Shown: piece after piece, positions 56,856-64,000 of the stretch | How the letters are laid out: each line of letters starts with the position of its first letter | How positions within the stretch are numbered: position 1 is the first letter of the stretch | From: Dehalococcoidia bacterium | GTDB taxonomy: Bacteria; Chloroflexota; Dehalococcoidia; Dehalococcoidales; JAUYDJ01 | Assembly: GCA_020353235.1 (NCBI GenBank) | Contig: CP070693.1 | Span: 758,624 to 822,623, forward strand | DNA: 64,000 bases | Direction of reading: 5' to 3' | Translations under genes and position numbers: made by a program | Notes under the pieces: generated by a model | Told to the model about the DNA's origin: nothing | What the model saw: only the letters and a program-made list of their open reading frames with translations | The model's database searches: none

Positions 56856-57611
56856 TTATTTCAGGAGTTTGGTCATCAAATCATTTACCGCCATTGCCGC
56901 CTTGGCGGTATCAGGTAGCTCAAGAAGCGGTGTTAAATTAAGGTCAGCTTCATATACTGCTTTATCCAGAGGTATGGTAGCGGTGAGCTCAAGGCCCAGC
57001 CGCTCCATCTCCTGGCTGATGTGAGGGTCAATGCCATCGGGAACAAGGTTAATCACCACTGACTGCCTTTTAACCACCAGATCAAGCTCACTAACCAGTT
57101 CCTTAAGGCGGGCAATAGTCCGCACCCCCTTTATGGAATGGTCGGAGACTAAAAGCAGCTCATTGATATTCTGGGTGGTGCGTCGGCTCAGGTGCTCCAT
57201 CCCCGCCTCATTATCCATCACCACATAGGCATAGCTTTCGCTCAGTTTATCGGCGAAGCGGCGCAGCATGAGATTGGGATAGCAATAGCACTCCGGCCCC
57301 TCGCCCCGCCCCATGGTAAGCAAATCCAGACCCTTGCTTTCGGTCAGAGCGTCACTTATCTGGAATTCCAGATAGTCTTCCTTGGTCATCCCGGGGGGAA
57401 TGTTTATCTTTTCCTCATTAAAAGAGGCAATAATGGAGCCAACCGTCTGCCCAACCTCCAGCCCCAGGCTATCGCCCAAGTTGGCGTTGGGGTCGGCGTC
57501 AATGGCCAGGATTGGGCTGGCGCCACTCCTCTGCAGGTAGCGGATAACCAGACTGGCCAGTGAAGTCTTGCCGCTACCCCCCTTGCCCGCCACGGCAATA
57601 TTAAAGCTCAA
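56856..57611 (-). CDS. cooC: CooC/AcsF-type Ni-insertion ATPase
   Basis: 251 aa. Deviant Walker A AGKGGSGKTS and a CYC metal-binding motif. Confidence 0.85.
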   Translation of the reverse strand: MSFNIAVAGKGGSGKTSLASLVIRYLQRSGASPILAIDADPNANLGDSLGLEVGQTVGSIIASFNEEKINIPPGMTKEDYLEFQISDALTESKGLDLLTMGRGEGPECYCYPNLMLRRFADKLSESYAYVVMDNEAGMEHLSRRTTQNINELLLVSDHSIKGVRTIARLKELVSELDLVVKRQSVVINLVPDGIDPHISQEMERLGLELTATIPLDKAVYEADLNLTPLLELPDTAKAAMAVNDLMTKLLK

Positions 57612-57636
57612 ACCAGACCTCCGTCACCACTAACGA

Positions 57637-59400
57637 CTAGAATACCCCTTTGACCTTGCCAGTTTTGACATCAACGTCAATTCTGCGGAAAGCGGGGTCA
57701 GATGATGTCCCCGGCATCAGGCTGATTGCCCCGGCACAGGGGCAGAGAAATTTAGCCCCAGAATAGATAAGCACATCACGGATGGGCAGCGTCCACCCCT
57801 GGGGCACCCCCTTCACCGCAGGGTCATGGGTGAGACTCAAATGGGTCTTCACCATCATGGTGGTATAGTCATCATATTTACTATCCGACTCAAACGCTTT
57901 GGCCTTACTCTCGGCTTCAGGCGCCCAGTCAACACCATTAGCCCCGTAGACCACCTTGGCAATCTTCTCCACCCGCTCCCTCAGCTTCATCTCCATGGGA
58001 TACAGGAAGTTAAAATCATTCTTATCTTCACTGGCTTCAACAACGGCGTCAGCCAGCTCCAGAGCGCCGTCACCGCCGTCAGCCCAATGGGTGGCGGCGG
58101 CACAGCGGGCGCCGGCAGCCTCGGCCGCCTTCCTGACCAGGGCAACCTCAGCATCAGTGTCAGTATGAAAGCGATTGATACAGACCACCGGCTTGATACC
58201 GGAGGTCTTAATGATATTAACATGGTGCACCATATTGGCCACGCCCTTCTCCAGCAGCCCAAAGTTCTCTTTGGTGTATTCATCAGGCAGGGGCAGACCG
58301 GCGACCACCTTGGGCCCGCCACCGTGCATCTTCAGGGCACGGATGGTGGTGGTCAGCACCGACACATGCGGCTTGAGACCGCTGTAACGGCACTTCACGT
58401 TCCAGAACTTCTCAAAGCCGATGTCCGCCCCGAAGCCGCTCTCGGTAACATGATAGTCAAACATCTTCAGACCAAGCCGGTCAGCGATGATAGACGACTG
58501 CCCCACGGCAATGTTGGCAAAGGGTCCGGCGTGTACCATCAGCGGCTGGTATTCCACGGTAGCGCAGAGGGTGGGGTTGATGGTATTGCGCATCCAGGCG
58601 GTCATCGCTCCGGCTACCTCCAGGTCAGCGGTGGTTACCGGGTTACCCTGCTTGTCAAAGGCAACGGTGATATTGGCCAGCCTCTCCCGCAGGTCAGCCA
58701 AATCCCGGACAATGGACAGGATAGCCATCAGCTCGGAGCTGACGCTGATGCCAAACTTAGACTCCATCAGGAAGCCGTCCATACGACCGCCGAGACCGAT
58801 GATAATATTACGCAGACTCTGGGCACAGAAATCCATAATCCAGCCCATTTCTATTCTCTTCGGGTCTATATCCAAGCGGCGCATCTTGGTCAGCCGTTCC
58901 AGCTGTTCGTCGTTATAGTTGCGCTCGTGCTGCATGCGGGCGGTAAGCGCCACCATCGCCAGATTATGGGCGTTGGTAATATCGTTAATGTCACCGGTAA
59001 GCCCCATCGAAAACTCAGTCAGGGGAATAAGCAGGGCATTGCCACCACCCGCCGCAGTCCCCTTGATATTCATGGTGGGGCCACCTGAGGGCTGGCGGAT
59101 GCAGCCGCCCACGTTCTTACCCCGTTTGCCCAGGCCCTCAATGAGACCACAGGTGGTGGTGCTCTTGCCCTCACCGAGCGGCGTGGGGGTTATCGCCGTC
59201 ACCTCAATATACTTGCCATCCGGCTTATCTTTCAGGCGCCCGATTATCTTCAGAAAATCGAGCTTGCCGATTCGGCCGCAAGGCAGAATCTCGTCTTTCT
59301 CCAGATTCAGCTTCTGGCGAAATTCCTCGGGGGTGGGCATCTTTTCTTCGGCAGCCTCAGCAATCTGCCAGTCCTTCATTTTGGTTGCGTCGTAAGCCAC
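57637..59400 (-). CDS. fhs: formate--tetrahydrofolate ligase
   Basis: 587 aa. [13 protein letters not shown]-loop and overall FTHFS-family similarity. Confidence 0.95.
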   Translation of the reverse strand: MAYDATKMKDWQIAEAAEEKMPTPEEFRQKLNLEKDEILPCGRIGKLDFLKIIGRLKDKPDGKYIEVTAITPTPLGEGKSTTTCGLIEGLGKRGKNVGGCIRQPSGGPTMNIKGTAAGGGNALLIPLTEFSMGLTGDINDITNAHNLAMVALTARMQHERNYNDEQLERLTKMRRLDIDPKRIEMGWIMDFCAQSLRNIIIGLGGRMDGFLMESKFGISVSSELMAILSIVRDLADLRERLANITVAFDKQGNPVTTADLEVAGAMTAWMRNTINPTLCATVEYQPLMVHAGPFANIAVGQSSIIADRLGLKMFDYHVTESGFGADIGFEKFWNVKCRYSGLKPHVSVLTTTIRALKMHGGGPKVVAGLPLPDEYTKENFGLLEKGVANMVHHVNIIKTSGIKPVVCINRFHTDTDAEVALVRKAAEAAGARCAAATHWADGGDGALELADAVVEASEDKNDFNFLYPMEMKLRERVEKIAKVVYGANGVDWAPEAESKAKAFESDSKYDDYTTMMVKTHLSLTHDPAVKGVPQGWTLPIRDVLIYSGAKFLCPCAGAISLMPGTSSDPAFRRIDVDVKTGKVKGVF

Positions 59401-59414
59401 GGGAACCTCCTTGG

Positions 59415-60197
59415 TTACTTCGGCCCGGCTACCCCGTGAGGTAACAGGGCTTGATAAATATTGCTCACTTCACCAATGACCGTCTGGCTGGCGTCAACCA
59501 CTGAGGCGCTCGCCAGGTCAGCGTCAACGATTGCCTGGTCATAGGGAATAAAGCCCAGAAATTCAAAATCGGGCAAACTAGACCGGATGAACTCTTCATC
59601 CGCCTTGTTTCTGATTTTATTGCCCACCACCACCATACTGGCTAAACCAATATCGGTAGCCAGCTTTTTGATATTAAGCGCCGTTTCAATACTCCGCCGC
59701 CCCGGCTCAACCACCACAATCAATTTGTCCACCGCCGTCGCCGTTGCCCGCCCCAGATGCTCTATCCCCGCCTCCATATCTAGAATGACCACTTCGTTTC
59801 GGGCTAGCAGCAGGTGGGAGAGCAATGCCTTGAGCAGGGCATTCTCCGGGCAATAACAGCCGGTGCCGCCCTTCTTCAGTCTCCCCATCCTCATTAACCT
59901 GATGCCGTCTTTCTTCAAGGCATACTTCTCCGGTATATCATCAACCTTGGGGTTTAGCTTAAAATAGGGCGCCATCTGCCCGGGACGGGCGCCGGTCCTC
60001 TCCGCAATAAGGTCTTCCATTTCGGCAATGGGGATAATCTTTTCCGGATGGGAGAAACCGAGGGTAGCCGCCAGGTTGGCATCAGGGTCAGCGTCAATGG
60101 CTAAGACCGAATAGCCAGACTCGGCAAAAATTTTAGCCAAGAGTGCCGTCAGCAGAGTTTTGCCCACGCCGCCTTTACCGCTAATGGCAATCTTCAT
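59415..60197 (-). CDS. cooC: CooC/AcsF-type Ni-insertion ATPase (second paralogue)
   Basis: 260 aa from the ATG at 60197 (GGGGGAG SD). Motifs SGKGGVGKT and GCYC. Confidence 0.85.
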   Translation of the reverse strand: MKIAISGKGGVGKTLLTALLAKIFAESGYSVLAIDADPDANLAATLGFSHPEKIIPIAEMEDLIAERTGARPGQMAPYFKLNPKVDDIPEKYALKKDGIRLMRMGRLKKGGTGCYCPENALLKALLSHLLLARNEVVILDMEAGIEHLGRATATAVDKLIVVVEPGRRSIETALNIKKLATDIGLASMVVVGNKIRNKADEEFIRSSLPDFEFLGFIPYDQAIVDADLASASVVDASQTVIGEVSNIYQALLPHGVAGPK

Positions 60198-60283
60198 AAA
60201 TATCTCCCCCCAACTCAGCAAGATAAACCTTTTATTCTAATGCCGAATACGGAGACCACGTCTGGCTTTATTTAATTAATAAG

Positions 60284-60319
60284 CGCTGACCGAGGCCAGT
60301 AAAACTGGCAAGGTCAGCG
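60284..60319 (-). terminator. compound hairpin between pcrA and the Wood-Ljungdahl cluster (pcrA terminator or operon leader element)
   Basis: Outer 8-bp stem CGCTGACC/GGTCAGCG enclosing an inner 5-bp stem GCCAG/CTGGC. On the minus strand it is followed by a U-containing, AT-rich tract, TTATTAATTAAAT. Confidence 0.45.
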
Positions 60320-60391
60320 TTTATGGCTGCTTACTCATCAGGAATGAAAACAAAGTATATCTCACCCAAAATTAAAAGTCAAGTAAAGTTT

Positions 60392-62566
60392 TTATTCAAT
60401 CTTTTCCAGTCGGGCTAGGCTCAACAGGAGCTTTTTTAACCCCCACCCGCTGAAGACGACTATGGCTTCTCTATCATCCTTTACCTCCTGGCAGTTCACC
60501 ACCACTCCATCACCAAACTGGGGGTGACGGACATGGTCACCCGCCTTTAACTCGGGAGTGGTAACCGCCGGAGACCGAATCTTATCCCAGGCATAAATAG
60601 CCTCAGCTATCTGACTCTCTTCGCCTGCCCATAAGCCACCGCTGCTCACCAGATGGGACGGAATATCGGCCAGGAAACGCGAGGGGATAGTTGTCCCCGT
60701 CCGCCCCATTAGGCTACGGTGGAAGGCGCGAACTAGGTAGATCCTCCGTTTGGCTCTGGTTATGCCAACATAGCACAGCCGCCGTTCTTCCTCCATCTGC
60801 TCGGCGTCATCAAAAGACTTGAAATGAGGTAGGAGTCCCTCTTCCATGCCGACAATGAACACCACCGGGAACTCCAATCCCTTGGCCTGATGCAGAGTAA
60901 TCAAGGTTACCGCCGCCACGCTCTCATCAAGCCCGTCGACATCGGACACCAGGGTTACCCCCTCCAGAAAGGCGGTCAGCCCCTCCCCCGGCTTCAAATC
61001 GGTATAGTCCTGAGCGACGGTGCGCAGCTCTAGAACATTCTCCCAGCGCTCCTCCCCATTTGGCTGGTTTAAAACATATTCTTTATAGCCGGTGCGCTCA
61101 AGGACCGAATCCAGTAGCTCAACCAGATTCAGCTTCTTATTGGCAGCGATTAATTCTTCGGTCAGTTTCAGAAAGCCAGCCATTGCCCTGACGATACGGG
61201 GGTTGAGGGGAGGTAATTCTTCCAGCTCGGGCTCGGTTGCCATTTTTAGAGCCTGATATTCCGGGATATTCTTAGCCCTTGCCCAACCCGATAGCTCGCT
61301 CAGGCTGCGCTGCCCGATGCCGCGCTGGGGGACATTAATGATACGAAGCAGGCTGATGCTATCGTTGGGATTCTGTATTAACCTGAGGTAGGCGATGATA
61401 TCCTTGACCTCCCGCCGCTCGTAGAAGCGGGTGCCGGCCACCAGCTTATAGGGCACCCCGTAGCGCATAAAAGCCTCCTCCAAGGCTCTGGACTGGGCAT
61501 TGGTACGGTACATAACGGCACAGTCACCCAGGCTGGCTTCCCCGTTACCCACTAGGCGCTCCACCTCATTAACCACAAACTGAGCTTCTTCCATTTCGGT
61601 ATAGGCTTCAACCACCGTGGTCAGCTCACCCTCTTCGTTATCGGTCCATAGTTCTTTCGGCTTACGCTGCTGATTCACCGAAATCACATTAGAAGCCGTC
61701 TCCAGAATCCGCTGTGTGGAGCGGTAGTTCTGCTCCAGAAAGACTATTTTCGCCTCCGGGTAGTCTTTCTCAAAGCTGAGGATGTTGCGCAGGTCAGCGA
61801 AACGCCAGGAATAGATTGACTGGTCGGGGTCGCCGACGACGCATATATTGCGGTACTTGGCGCCGATTTGCCTGACCAGCTCATACTGAACCAGATTAGT
61901 ATCCTGAAACTCATCAACCAGGACATGCTGGTATCTCGTCTGGTATTTGGCCAGAATCTCAGGGTTATTCCGGAACAGCAGCACCACCTTCATCAACAAA
62001 TCATCAAAATCGAGGGCGCTGCCCTCGGCTAGCAGCTGCTGATATCGCTCATAGACCCGCCCCACCACCTCCTCAAAGTAGCTGCGGCTGCGCTTCAGGC
62101 AGTCCTGAGGGGTGAGCATGCGGCTCTTGGCGGCACTGATGGCGGAGGCAATGGCGCGGGGGGCATACTGCTTCGGGTCAAGACCGACTTCCTGAATACT
62201 GCGCTTGAGCAGGCTGAGCTGGTCCTCATCGTCATAGATGACGAATTTGGGGTCAACACTGATTGACCTGCCGTCACGGCGCAAAATGCGGGCACAGATA
62301 GCGTGGAAGGTACCCAGGGTTAAGTCCCCGACCGAACCGCTGACCAGCCGCGTCAGCCGGTCCGTCATTTCCCGGGCTGCCTTGTTGGTGAAGGTGACGG
62401 CGATAATGCGGTATGGGCTGACCCCACAAACTTTAATGAGATAAGCCACCCGATGGGCGATAACCCTAGTCTTACCGCTTCCCGGACCAGCCAGAATTAG
62501 CACCGGGCCTTGGATTGCCTCCACCGCTTCCCGCTGCGCCGGGTTGAGTTCAGCTAGAATGTCCAC
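60392..62566 (-). CDS. pcrA: ATP-dependent DNA helicase PcrA/UvrD
   Basis: 724 aa. SF1 motifs (AGPGSGKTRV, VDEFQDTN, TLHQAKGLEF, RLCYVGITRA) and a Tudor-like C-terminus. Confidence 0.9.
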   Translation of the reverse strand: MDILAELNPAQREAVEAIQGPVLILAGPGSGKTRVIAHRVAYLIKVCGVSPYRIIAVTFTNKAAREMTDRLTRLVSGSVGDLTLGTFHAICARILRRDGRSISVDPKFVIYDDEDQLSLLKRSIQEVGLDPKQYAPRAIASAISAAKSRMLTPQDCLKRSRSYFEEVVGRVYERYQQLLAEGSALDFDDLLMKVVLLFRNNPEILAKYQTRYQHVLVDEFQDTNLVQYELVRQIGAKYRNICVVGDPDQSIYSWRFADLRNILSFEKDYPEAKIVFLEQNYRSTQRILETASNVISVNQQRKPKELWTDNEEGELTTVVEAYTEMEEAQFVVNEVERLVGNGEASLGDCAVMYRTNAQSRALEEAFMRYGVPYKLVAGTRFYERREVKDIIAYLRLIQNPNDSISLLRIINVPQRGIGQRSLSELSGWARAKNIPEYQALKMATEPELEELPPLNPRIVRAMAGFLKLTEELIAANKKLNLVELLDSVLERTGYKEYVLNQPNGEERWENVLELRTVAQDYTDLKPGEGLTAFLEGVTLVSDVDGLDESVAAVTLITLHQAKGLEFPVVFIVGMEEGLLPHFKSFDDAEQMEEERRLCYVGITRAKRRIYLVRAFHRSLMGRTGTTIPSRFLADIPSHLVSSGGLWAGEESQIAEAIYAWDKIRSPAVTTPELKAGDHVRHPQFGDGVVVNCQEVKDDREAIVVFSGWGLKKLLLSLARLEKIE

Positions 62567-62623
62567 TGCTAATCATTATAACCCTTCACGGCGGCGGGGT
62601 TCAAAAAATCAGCCGGCTAAAAC

Positions 62624-62676
62624 TTGACAACTACCCGCCCAAAATCTTAGAATAATATATGCGAATATGCGCATAT
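62624..62676 (+). promoter_or_regulatory. arsR promoter with overlapping perfect palindromic operator
   Basis: TTGACA (62624..62629), 18 nt, TAGAAT (62648..62653). It is followed immediately by ATATGCG-N6-CGCATAT (62657..62676). Confidence 0.5.
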
Positions 62677-62698
62677 AAAGCTGTATTAAGGAAAAACA

Positions 62699-63052
62699 AT
62701 GCAGGACTTAATCAAGGCAACCAAGGCGCTCTCTGATGAAACCAGGCTCCGCCTGCTGAATCTGGTGCTGACCAGAGAGTGCTGCGTCTGTGAGGTGATG
62801 CAGGCCCTCAATATCTCCCAGACCCGGGCTTCGCGTAACCTGAAAGCGCTTCACGAGGCCGGCTTTCTCAAGCTGAGAAAGAACGGGCTCTGGTCGCTTT
62901 ACTCGGTAGATGAAGCCGATATGCAAGCACGCTACCCTCACCTGCTCCGGGCAGTGAAAAGAGCCCTGCAGAACAACGCCACCGCCGCTGAGGATAGAGC
63001 GCGCCTGAAGAAAGCGGAGCGTCTCGGTCCCGGCTGTGTTGGCCAGCCGTGA
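62699..63052 (+). CDS. arsR: ArsR/SmtB-family metalloregulator
   Basis: 117 aa. wHTH (LSDETRLRLLNLV...ISQTRASRNLKAL) with an ECCVCEV metal(loid)-binding motif. Confidence 0.85.
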   Translation: MQDLIKATKALSDETRLRLLNLVLTRECCVCEVMQALNISQTRASRNLKALHEAGFLKLRKNGLWSLYSVDEADMQARYPHLLRAVKRALQNNATAAEDRARLKKAERLGPGCVGQP

Positions 63053-63073
63053 AATCAGAGGATTTAGCCAAGC

Positions 63074-64000
63074 ATGGAAATTTTCCTGGAGCTTCTTTTT
63101 GGCGGGCTTAACGCCCTGAAAGAGTATATCGCCCTGCATGTACTGACCTGCCTCATCCCCGCTTTTCTCCTGGCGGGTGGGATAGTTACTTTTGTTTCCC
63201 GAGAAGCCATTATCGGCTACCTGGGGGCAGCCGCCCGAAAGCTATCATCATTCGGTATTGCCGCCGGCGGCAGCTTCTTCGTCGCCGCCTGCTCCTGTAC
63301 CGTTATCCCGGTGGCCAGCGGTATATACTACGGTGGTGCCGGGATTGGGGCTGCCTTTATCCTGCTCTGGGTAGCCCCGGCGGCCAATATTCTGGCTCTA
63401 GTCTATACCGGTTCTATTCTGGGCACCCAGATGGTTATTGCCCGGCTACTAAGCGCCCTGCTTATGTCCTTTATCATTGGCCTGGTTATGGCCTATGCCT
63501 TCTATAAGGAAGAGAAAAACCGCGTTTCCACCATCCAGATGAGCCGCGGGCCACTAATGAGCCGGCAGGGCGTGGTCCTGCTCCTGCTATTGGTCGCTTG
63601 GCTCCTGGCCCCGAACTACATCGTGACCCAGGGGCCATACTGGCAGAAAGTAGTGGTCTGGGCAGTGGGTCTGCTAATAGTCGGCGTTTATGCCGTGAAG
63701 GCTATTGATAAGACCAAGATTAAAGACTGGCTCAGCGAAAGCTGGTGGTTTGTGCGCATCATCTTCCCCCTGCTGCTGGTCGGCGTCTTTATCGTTGGCA
63801 TTATCGGTGCCGTCCTGCCCCAGGCGTGGATTGAGACCTGGCTCGGTGGCGCCGGTCTGCGCCAGTCGTTTCTGGCTACCCTGATCGGTGCCTTTACCTA
63901 CTTTGCCACCATGACCGAAGCCCCCTTCGTGGATACCCTGATGAACCTGGGTATGGGCAAGGGGCCAGCGCTGGCCCTGCTGCTCACCGGACCGGGCATC
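63074..64000 (+). CDS. YraQ/ArsP-family permease (3' end runs off the window)
   Basis: Open frame from the ATG at 63074 to the window end, absent from the ORF track because no stop is reached. It is polytopic, with an AACSCTVIP motif resembling the CSC motif of ArsP-type permeases. Confidence 0.65.
   Translation, partial: MEIFLELLFGGLNALKEYIALHVLTCLIPAFLLAGGIVTFVSREAIIGYLGAAARKLSSFGIAAGGSFFVAACSCTVIPVASGIYYGGAGIGAAFILLWVAPAANILALVYTGSILGTQMVIARLLSALLMSFIIGLVMAYAFYKEEKNRVSTIQMSRGPLMSRQGVVLLLLLVAWLLAPNYIVTQGPYWQKVVVWAVGLLIVGVYAVKAIDKTKIKDWLSESWWFVRIIFPLLLVGVFIVGIIGAVLPQAWIETWLGGAGLRQSFLATLIGAFTYFATMTEAPFVDTLMNLGMGKGPALALLLTGPGI

Noticed and set aside
57826-59088. 420-aa plus-strand ORF antisense to fhs
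   Set aside because: It lies wholly within the highly conserved fhs gene on the other strand. It is a shadow ORF with biased composition. The shorter antisense ORFs listed throughout the track are rejected for the same reason.
60198-60391. ZTP (pfl) or THF riboswitch in front of the fhs/folD operon
   Set aside because: The region lacks the conserved CGCCUGGGC-type 3' element of ZTP. It also lacks the AGUAG/CGCGUUA/GGGAUG blocks of THF-I. Only a generic hairpin is visible.
1-64000. rRNA, tRNA, IS elements, prophage, defence islands or CRISPR arrays anywhere in the window
   Set aside because: All gaps longer than 100 nt were read on both strands. They contain only promoter- or terminator-like elements. 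No cloverleaf-compatible sequence, terminal inverted repeats, transposase or integrase ORFs, or spaced repeats were seen.

Overview
Gene-dense, moderately GC-rich bacterial chromosomal segment with about 60 protein genes. I found no rRNA, tRNA, CRISPR array, transposase or integrase. The content suggests an anaerobic Chloroflexota/Dehalococcoidia-like organism; this is inference only, based on the bacterial Elp3, archaeal-type GlmU-like enzymes and a Wood-Ljungdahl cluster. The dominant feature is a 14-gene, co-directional, tightly spaced minus-strand cluster (42.3-60.2 kb). Its order is cooC-fhs-cooC-folD-small ORF-acsD, then an internal promoter, then fur-acsA-acsB-acsC-acsE-(unknown domain::NuoE fusion)-nuoF-like-fdhA. 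It runs directly into rpoB-rpoC. The rest is mostly housekeeping: holA, ychF, mutL, glmS, mtaB, fabF, recJ, plsY, ruvB, pcrA. Accessory modules are interspersed: a CbiMNQO/NikMNQO-type ECF metal importer next to a Fur-family regulator, an ABC-2 exporter with a NEW3-type surface protein, an ECF sigma/anti-sigma/SIMPL/chagasin-like set, and an ArsR plus ArsP-like permease. Observations most worth follow-up: (1) a divergent Elp3 / Trm9-like methyltransferase pair suggesting a eukaryote/archaea-style xm5U34 tRNA pathway; (2) the fusion of an uncharacterised domain to NuoE, plus a Fur-family regulator and a 72-aa orphan, all embedded in the CODH/ACS cluster; (3) a full-length pckA-like gene interrupted by a single in-frame TAG at a conserved Glu position; (4) ruvB, whose conserved N-terminus has no canonical start codon but has an ATA 6 nt behind a perfect Shine-Dalgarno. 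All functional calls rest on motif recognition by eye. No database search was run.
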